Source of the DNA: Spirochaetia bacterium
Lineage (GTDB): Bacteria; Spirochaetota; Spirochaetia; UBA9216
NCBI GenBank assembly: GCA_965140585.1
Contig: OZ223264.1
Location: forward strand, 320,001 to 384,000
Direction: 5' to 3'
Length of the DNA: 64,000 nucleotides
In this document: in pieces, positions 57,948 to 64,000 of the stretch
How the letters are laid out: every line of letters begins with the position of its first letter
How positions within the stretch are numbered: position 1 is the stretch's first letter
Program-made: the position numbers and the translations under genes
The notes under the pieces: generated by a model
The model's database searches: none
Told to the model about the DNA's origin: nothing
What the model saw: the letters and a program-made list of their open reading frames with translations, nothing else

Positions 57948-58580
57948 ATGGAACGGGACAGAGTTCAGACAGAACGCAGAATTATTGATGCGGTAAGCAG
58001 GATTGTAGAGAAAAAGGGAATTAACTTCGTGGGCATAAATGCAGTATCCCGCGAGGCGGAGGTCTCGAAGGTTCTTATCTACAGGTATTTTGATGATCTT
58101 GAGGGTTTGCTGACGGCCTGGGCAGAAGAGCACAGCTACTGGATGCAGACAGCAAAAGAACTTGATTACGATGAAGTCAGCACTCTCAGTCTGGAAGAGA
58201 AGCGCAGACTTACTTTCGAAATATTCAGAAGGCAGATATTTGGGCTGCGTGACAATAGCATAATGAGAGAACTTCTTCGCTGGCAGATGCATGAAAAAAA
58301 CAGTATCTGCACAAGAATATCTGAAGAAACTGAAAAAAAAGGGCTTGCATTAACCCATGCTATGCAGACAGATCTGAAAACAGAAATGGATGTTGAGGCA
58401 CTGATTGCAGTTATTACTGCAGGAGTCACTTACCTTGGTATAATTTCCGACACTATTCCGGTTTTTAACGGAGTGAATCTGCAGACAAAAAAGGGACTGG
58501 AAAGAATTGCCTATGCGGCGGCTGAACTTTCCGATCATATATTTCTATCTGCTAATAATAAAATTGAACATGGAGAATAA
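57948..58580 (+). CDS. TetR/AcrR regulator
   Basis: RDRVQTERRII, GINAVSREAEVSKVLIYRYF; start moved downstream of the operator. Confidence 0.9.
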   Translation: MERDRVQTERRIIDAVSRIVEKKGINFVGINAVSREAEVSKVLIYRYFDDLEGLLTAWAEEHSYWMQTAKELDYDEVSTLSLEEKRRLTFEIFRRQIFGLRDNSIMRELLRWQMHEKNSICTRISEETEKKGLALTHAMQTDLKTEMDVEALIAVITAGVTYLGIISDTIPVFNGVNLQTKKGLERIAYAAAELSDHIFLSANNKIEHGE

Positions 58581-58584
58581 TAGA

Positions 58585-59319
58585 ATGAATAAAATGTTTT
58601 TTTTGATTACAGCTGTATTAACAGCCTTTTCATGCGCCGGCACCAATACGGAAACTATTGAGCTGCAGACCGGTTCTGATGCAGAAATACGAATTACGGT
58701 CGGAGATTCATGGCTGCACGATTTCCCTTTATTTCTGTGGTTTAAAACAAAAAACAGCCCTCAGTTTGCGGTCTGGATTGAGGATGAGTCAGGCAATTAC
58801 CTGGATACGGTTTATGTCACAAAAAAGGTTGCTACCGAGGGCTGGGTTTTCAATAGCGGAAATCGTCGCAGTGAGGCTCTGCCGTTCTGGTCGCATAGCC
58901 GGGGAGAGGTCTACAGTGATGGTCTTCTGCTTCCGACTAAAGACGATCCGCTTCCCGATGCAGTAACCTCAGCAACACCGAAGGGCAGCTCAATCCTGCC
59001 GGTCAGTTTACCCTCCGGGACGGACAGATTTATAATCTATGCTGAGTTTAACCATTCGGTGGACTTCAATGATTTTTATCCTGAAGATGCTGCTGAAGGT
59101 GATTCCGGATACAGTGGCGGTGAAATGGGAAGCGGCCAGCCTTCAGTGATTTACCGGGCTGTGTTAGATTCAGCTTCATTAGAACCGGGCGGTGAAGTTA
59201 TATTTGAATTAGCGGGCCATGGTTCTGCGGATGGAAGCAGCGGAAATCTTTATCCCGATATTTCAAACCTGACTACTGCATCCAATATTGTTTCTTCAGT
59301 AATATTTGTCATAAAATAA
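58585..59319 (+). CDS. DUF2271-like lipoprotein
   Basis: Lipobox AFSC; PQFAVWIEDESGNYLDT, LPFW, DAVTSAT; GGAG RBS. Confidence 0.72.
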   Translation: MNKMFFLITAVLTAFSCAGTNTETIELQTGSDAEIRITVGDSWLHDFPLFLWFKTKNSPQFAVWIEDESGNYLDTVYVTKKVATEGWVFNSGNRRSEALPFWSHSRGEVYSDGLLLPTKDDPLPDAVTSATPKGSSILPVSLPSGTDRFIIYAEFNHSVDFNDFYPEDAAEGDSGYSGGEMGSGQPSVIYRAVLDSASLEPGGEVIFELAGHGSADGSSGNLYPDISNLTTASNIVSSVIFVIK

Positions 59320-59329
59320 AAATTTTGAA

Positions 59330-60067
59330 TCAGTTTTTTAAAATATTCAGCAGGGCTTTTTTCCATACAGCGTATAGAACCGCTGTATGGATTAAGAGTG
59401 CACAGGCGGCAAGCAGTGCAGTATTGCCTGAACTGAAGACGAGCATGCCAATCCAGTAGTTGGGAATAACTGCTGCAAAATAATGGAAGGGGGCCGGTAC
59501 GAAAAACGGGATGGCCGGGGCAAGCATGAATATGCCCAAAGCCTTACCCATTGTCAGGCCTTCTACCTTGTTTTTAGCCGCTGCAGCTATAAATAACCCG
59601 GCTGCTGCACCTTCGATGCTCAGGCATACTGCAATTACTGCAGTTCTAATAATTCCAATGCTGCAAAGCGGATTAACCCTGAGAAAAAATACAGCAAATA
59701 TAAAAGCTAAAATACTGAATATTCCTGTCCTGACAAGATAATGCCGTTTTAATCCGAAGGGCGTCAGCGAAATCTGTACAAGAATATTTTCGTCCTTTTC
59801 ATCCAGAATGGTAAATCCGGTAAGCATTCCGTACATCAGGGTCGGAACCGTTGCAAAGAATGCTGTGATCAGCGGATAGTAAAAGTTCAAATCGAATAGT
59901 GTATATTTTGTTAGCAATTCTGCAGCCGCAGGAATGCCGAAGTAAGTAACTGCTGTAAGCATAATTGGCGCAGCGAAGATTAAAATCAGCATGGGATCCC
60001 GGAAGATTGATTTTGTTCCACTCAGCCCCGTATGCAAAAATCTGTACCTGTTTAGAGTTTTACCCAT
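59330..60067 (-). CDS. ABC-2 permease (fluoroquinolone-export type)
   Basis: RDPML, LDEKDE...LTP, NKVEGLTMGK, PNYW. Confidence 0.85.
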   Translation of the reverse strand: MGKTLNRYRFLHTGLSGTKSIFRDPMLILIFAAPIMLTAVTYFGIPAAAELLTKYTLFDLNFYYPLITAFFATVPTLMYGMLTGFTILDEKDENILVQISLTPFGLKRHYLVRTGIFSILAFIFAVFFLRVNPLCSIGIIRTAVIAVCLSIEGAAAGLFIAAAAKNKVEGLTMGKALGIFMLAPAIPFFVPAPFHYFAAVIPNYWIGMLVFSSGNTALLAACALLIHTAVLYAVWKKALLNILKN

Positions 60068-60771
60068 GATTCACTGCCTCCGCGTTTTTTTACTGATGAT
60101 TTAAGCACCTTTCCTGCGGCATAGAAAGAAACCGCAGACCACGAAAGCATTGATATATATGCAGGTCGCATGGTTAAAACTTTATCACTGCCGTTTGTCT
60201 TCAGAAGGATGTCTGCAATTCCCCTTATCGGGAAAATATAAAACAGGGGAGAGCTGACAATTCCTGTAATATCAAGTACAGCAGGAAGGAAAAGAATCAT
60301 GAAGCCTATTGAAAAAAGAAAGTACTGGTTAACGTTTTTTGCTTTTGCAGATATTACTATTCCCATTGCCGTAAAAATTACAGATGATAATACAGAACCA
60401 GTTAAAATAATCAGGATAAGGGTAGCATTGTTTTGTCCGGATACAATCAGTAAAATCACACTACAACTAAAAGCCAGAGTCCCCAGGCTTATAATTTTGG
60501 ATAATAAATACTCGTGGATACGAAGCGGACTGATGAATAATGATTCAAGCAGCTGCTCGCTCCTTTCAAGAAGAACTATTCCGCCAATGAAGAAGAAGCC
60601 TAAAACAGCTGTATCGCTGAAAATTAAATCAGCTGCAGCCTGGGGCCTGAATGCTTCCGGAATGAGTCGCAGAATGATACTGTAGACAATAGTAACTGCT
60701 GCGTATATGTAATAAAAACCGTGACGAAACTGAAATCTGAAATCCTGTTTAAGCATTCCCGCAAGTCTCAT
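60052..60771 (-). CDS. ABC-2 permease (fluoroquinolone-export type)
   Basis: DFRFQFRHGFY, GFFFIGGIVLLER...SP...YLLSK. Confidence 0.87.
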   Translation of the reverse strand: MRLAGMLKQDFRFQFRHGFYYIYAAVTIVYSIILRLIPEAFRPQAAADLIFSDTAVLGFFFIGGIVLLERSEQLLESLFISPLRIHEYLLSKIISLGTLAFSCSVILLIVSGQNNATLILIILTGSVLSSVIFTAMGIVISAKAKNVNQYFLFSIGFMILFLPAVLDITGIVSSPLFYIFPIRGIADILLKTNGSDKVLTMRPAYISMLSWSAVSFYAAGKVLKSSVKKRGGSESWVKL

Positions 60772-61622
60772 AGCAGTCTGCTCCCGGTTGTCTTTATAAA
60801 GATATCTTCAAGACTTGCCTCGGCAGAATGCATGGTTTCAGGATCCCCCGAACGCAGGAAATCAATAAAATCACTGTTGTCGCCAATACCGTGGAGAGGA
60901 AAATCTTTGCTCACTGTTTTCCCATTAATATTTGATTCAACGCAGACTGAACGCTGTCCCTGTGAGAGCTTCAGGTTTCTGGGACTGTCTATGAGACTGA
61001 TCCTGCCGGCCACAATAAAAGCCACACGGTCACATAGCTCATCAGCAGCAGACATATTGTGAGTAGTAAGGAAAACAGTTTTGCCTTCTGATTTCTGTTT
61101 AAATATCATATCCTTCATTATTTTTGAATTTACCGGATCGAGCCCTGATGTTGGTTCATCCAGAAAGAGCAGTGAAGGATTGTTTATCAGCGCACGGGCA
61201 AAGTTCAGACGCATTTTCATTCCCTTTGAATAACTACCGGTTTTTAGATGAGCATCTTTATCAAGACCTACATGCCTCAGCAGTTTTTCAGGTGTAATTC
61301 CCGCACCGCGGTAAAGGGACTGGAAAAACTCCAGGTTTTCGATTCCTGTGAATCGGCTGTAAAGATTCGGAAACTCAAAAGCTACTCCGATTCTTTCGTA
61401 GTAGTCTTCTTTGATTTTATTAATTGCCCTCCCGCTGACTTCTACTTCTCCATTGTAGCCCTTCAGCAGGCCAATCAGTATTTTCTGGGTTGTGGATTTT
61501 CCGGCACCGTTAGGTCCAAGGAATCCGAAGATTTCGCCTTTGTTTACATTGAAACTGATACCGTCAACAGCATTTACAGAGCTGCCTGGGTACCTGTAGC
61601 TTAATTTATTTACCCTGATCAT
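60768..61622 (-). CDS. ABC exporter ATPase (fluoroquinolone-export type)
   Basis: GFLGPNGAGKSTTQ, YSKGMKMRL, FLTTHNM..ADELCDRVAF. Confidence 0.9.
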   Translation of the reverse strand: MIRVNKLSYRYPGSSVNAVDGISFNVNKGEIFGFLGPNGAGKSTTQKILIGLLKGYNGEVEVSGRAINKIKEDYYERIGVAFEFPNLYSRFTGIENLEFFQSLYRGAGITPEKLLRHVGLDKDAHLKTGSYSKGMKMRLNFARALINNPSLLFLDEPTSGLDPVNSKIMKDMIFKQKSEGKTVFLTTHNMSAADELCDRVAFIVAGRISLIDSPRNLKLSQGQRSVCVESNINGKTVSKDFPLHGIGDNSDFIDFLRSGDPETMHSAEASLEDIFIKTTGSRLL

Positions 61623-62227
61623 TATTTATCCTCCTGAAATCTAAATCCTGCTGCAGTCAGTTCACAGAGCAGTCTGACTCCCTCATCATATCCATTACCG
61701 ATTTCAGTTTTATGAAGAGATATAAAAAACATCGATCTGATCATAGCTGCTGTAGTTTTTACATCGGACGGAAGCGAAACTCCTGCCTCTTTGAGACCCT
61801 GTATAAGTCCGATGCTGAAATCAGAATCATCTTCAAGGTGTTCAGCAATAGTCTCATCCGGTAAAACCCTGAGCAATTCGGTATATTCGGAACCGCTTAG
61901 GAATTTTTTAAACAGAGGCTCTTCTTCAACTATTATGTACATTTGGTAAAGAAACTCGGTCAGTATCTTCCGGGTCAGCGGTCCCTGTTTGAACATCTGC
62001 ATAACATTTGTACGATAAGTCTCTTCAAAAATATTGAAAATATCCCAGAGCAGCAGCTCTTTCATACGGTAGAATGAGTAAAAGGCTCCCTTCGAAATAC
62101 CTGCTTTCTTTGTGATTTCTTCAACGCTGGTTTTTTTCAGTCCGTATTGTGAGAAAAGTTCTTTTCCGGCATCCAGCAGCCGCTGTTTGATCTGTTCTTT
62201 ATCCTTTTCGTTAAAAGCTCTTCCCAT
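61622..62227 (-). CDS. TetR/AcrR regulator
   Basis: LFSQYGLKKTSVEEITKKAGISKGAFYSFY. Confidence 0.92.
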   Translation of the reverse strand: MGRAFNEKDKEQIKQRLLDAGKELFSQYGLKKTSVEEITKKAGISKGAFYSFYRMKELLLWDIFNIFEETYRTNVMQMFKQGPLTRKILTEFLYQMYIIVEEEPLFKKFLSGSEYTELLRVLPDETIAEHLEDDSDFSIGLIQGLKEAGVSLPSDVKTTAAMIRSMFFISLHKTEIGNGYDEGVRLLCELTAAGFRFQEDK

Positions 62228-62237
62228 ATTACGACCC

Positions 62238-62265
62238 TATGACCAAAAGTGTTGATATGGTCGTA
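62238..62265. promoter_or_regulatory. Probable TetR operator
   Basis: TATGACCA-N12-TGGTCGTA immediately upstream of the tetR start. Confidence 0.55.
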
Positions 62266-62363
62266 GTATTGATCAGTTTCATCGTTTAATCAATGGTTTT
62301 TTGTTTAGGTATTCGAAGCATGTAAGTTGTATTTGCAAAAAAAAAGGTAGTAATTAAGAAGGA

Positions 62364-62392
62364 AAAGTCCCCGTGATTTCAATTATCACGGG
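62364..62392 (-). terminator. Probable terminator after the lipoprotein gene
   Basis: CCCGTGAT-N7-ATCACGGG with an upstream A4. Confidence 0.55.
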
Positions 62393-62409
62393 TATAAACT
62401 TCTTAAGTT

Positions 62410-62781
62410 TTAGAATGATAATGAATATTCCCAGCCTCTAAATGAAAGTGAGTCTCCTGATTCAGCAACTGTGAATTCATACATATCGCCGTCAAAGTTC
62501 GATGCCGCCAAAATGAGCAGGATATATCCATCTATAATTCCGGTTCTGGTTTCCGGATCGTAAGTGTATGTGAATTCTTCACCATCCTCCCAGGTTCCTG
62601 TTACCATAGTAGGTGCAGACCCTGTTCCATCATCATTGAAAATCAGTTTACTCCCTGCTATTACAATGGAATGTTTCCAGACGGTATTTTCCAAGGCATT
62701 ATCAAGGCTCGGGTCAATTGCACAGCTTCCTGCTGCCAGCACTAGTGCGACTGTCAGTGCAATTAGTAGTGTCTTTTTCAT
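62410..62781 (-). CDS. Small beta-rich lipoprotein, unknown function
   Basis: GGAGG RBS, lipobox AGSC, LENTVW..LIFNDDGTG..FTYTY. Confidence 0.75.
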   Translation of the reverse strand: MKKTLLIALTVALVLAAGSCAIDPSLDNALENTVWKHSIVIAGSKLIFNDDGTGSAPTMVTGTWEDGEEFTYTYDPETRTGIIDGYILLILAASNFDGDMYEFTVAESGDSLSFRGWEYSLSF

Positions 62782-62855
62782 AAATCCTCCGAATTATTTA
62801 TATATATGAGATCGGATTATTTTTTTAAAAGTTTACAAAGAAAATGTTAGCAAAA

Positions 62856-63248
62856 TTATTTTTTGAATATATCAGGCAGTCTAATTTCACAGCCTTTATA
62901 TAGTATGTTTTCAACTTTTTTCATCTGTAAAACGACGTTGTTGCGGCTGTTTATACAGGCGTCAAGATAAGCACCGTTAAACTCCAAGGTTGGGAAGTTA
63001 AGGTCTACCTTTGATATTATCTTATGATTCTGATCTATATAACAATGTGTTGAGATTGTCCACCATTCAGCTCCGGACGGGTTTATTTCAAGCAGTCCGA
63101 CTATATATTCATCTTCAATATCTTGTGATTTTTCGATAGCCACTGCATATATAACATCAGAATCGAATCTATACATATAAAGATCCGCTGAAAAAATATT
63201 TGTACAGGGAAGCACCAATAGAAGAATAATCAACACTTTTTTTATCAT
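62856..63248 (-). CDS. Hypothetical secreted protein
   Basis: AAGGA RBS, signal peptide ..IFS/AD; visibly AT-rich. Confidence 0.65.
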   Translation of the reverse strand: MIKKVLIILLLVLPCTNIFSADLYMYRFDSDVIYAVAIEKSQDIEDEYIVGLLEINPSGAEWWTISTHCYIDQNHKIISKVDLNFPTLEFNGAYLDACINSRNNVVLQMKKVENILYKGCEIRLPDIFKK

Positions 63249-63275
63249 AAAAATTCCTTAGACTGATACTTTATA

Positions 63276-64000
63276 CTAATTTGTTATCTTTTGTGAAGGT
63301 CTGATCTTTCCGGCACCCAGGCCTGCAATAATAAGAAGGATACCAATCAGTTTTACCGGCGCTATTCCAAGTCCGAACCAGATGTCCAGTATGAGGCCAC
63401 CGGCCAGTTCACCGGCATAGACTCCGAGTGTGACAACAAGCGCCGGGGACTTAAGCAGAAGATATGCAATCATCCCTGTGGTGAATACTCCTATCAAGCC
63501 GCCCCCCGCGAAAATATACCAGGGCAGGGCTGCTATTTCCGACAGGCTTTGTCCGACAGGCTTAGTGTCCCCGGTTTTAAGCGAGGTAAAAAGGAATAGC
63601 GGAATTATTATTATAAGAGCTGAAATATAATTGAAGACAACTGTCCGGGGTGTTCCGTATCGGGCGGTATTTCTTGAGTTCATATGTTGCTGGATCATCA
63701 GAACTATTCCGGGTGTCCATGAGAGGATTATCCATAGGGGCCCGGCTCCTGCCTTAAGTCCTATAATAACCGAGCCCGGAATCAGCAGCGCCGGTGAAAG
63801 GATTCTCTGAATCAGCGGGGATCGTGTTCTGTCGGCTTTATAAAAACTCTCTGCCGCAGCCGCTGCGAGAGTCTGTCCTGCAAGTGAGCCGCTTAACGAA
63901 AACAGTATACCGCCCTTCTCAAATATTACGCTTGCAAGGTATACGATCAGGCTTCCAAGCATTCCGGCTGTCAGAAATATCTTAGGTGATTTTTCTGAGG
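63276..64000 (-). CDS. DMT (YdcZ-like) transporter, 5' truncated by window edge
   Basis: Frame is open to the window end; multiple TMs, QQHMNSR, PWYIFAGGGLIG, GLILDIWFG. Confidence 0.7.
   Translation of the reverse strand, partial: SEKSPKIFLTAGMLGSLIVYLASVIFEKGGILFSLSGSLAGQTLAAAAAESFYKADRTRSPLIQRILSPALLIPGSVIIGLKAGAGPLWIILSWTPGIVLMIQQHMNSRNTARYGTPRTVVFNYISALIIIIPLFLFTSLKTGDTKPVGQSLSEIAALPWYIFAGGGLIGVFTTGMIAYLLLKSPALVVTLGVYAGELAGGLILDIWFGLGIAPVKLIGILLIIAGLGAGKIRPSQKITN

Overview
Bacterial chromosomal segment, most likely from a Spirochaetaceae-like spirochaete. This is inferred from signal peptides ending in AGGQxE on solute-binding proteins, many lipoproteins and a long-form thymidine kinase. 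It opens with a late cobalamin operon (cobQ-cbiB-cobD-cobU-cobS-cobC-cobT). A decayed patch follows: a frameshifted dctP coupled to a sensor kinase, and a deletion-collapsed ahpF/oxyR remnant. The rest holds housekeeping genes (radA, PPIase, serA, tdk, two recQ, plsC), an OpuA/ProU osmoprotectant ABC system, a fructosamine kinase + LMW-PTP pair, and an OMP + BspA-like LRR lipoprotein pair. It also carries three ABC-2 exporter loci, a ROK-regulated sugar catabolic/ABC locus and many one-component regulators with visible operators. No rRNA, tRNA, CRISPR array or intact transposase was seen. The best novelty candidates are: (i) two paralogous secreted proteins sharing an unnamed helical repeat unit in front of an OmpR/BaeS-type two-component system; (ii) a PAP2-like protein with His-His-Cys in place of His-His-Asp, coupled to tdk and divergent from a membrane/Zn-finger NUDIX fusion; (iii) a GNAT gene split exactly at an in-phase A_AAA_AAG slippery site; (iv) the ahpF-oxyR fossil. 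All calls come from reading motifs by eye; no database searches were run.
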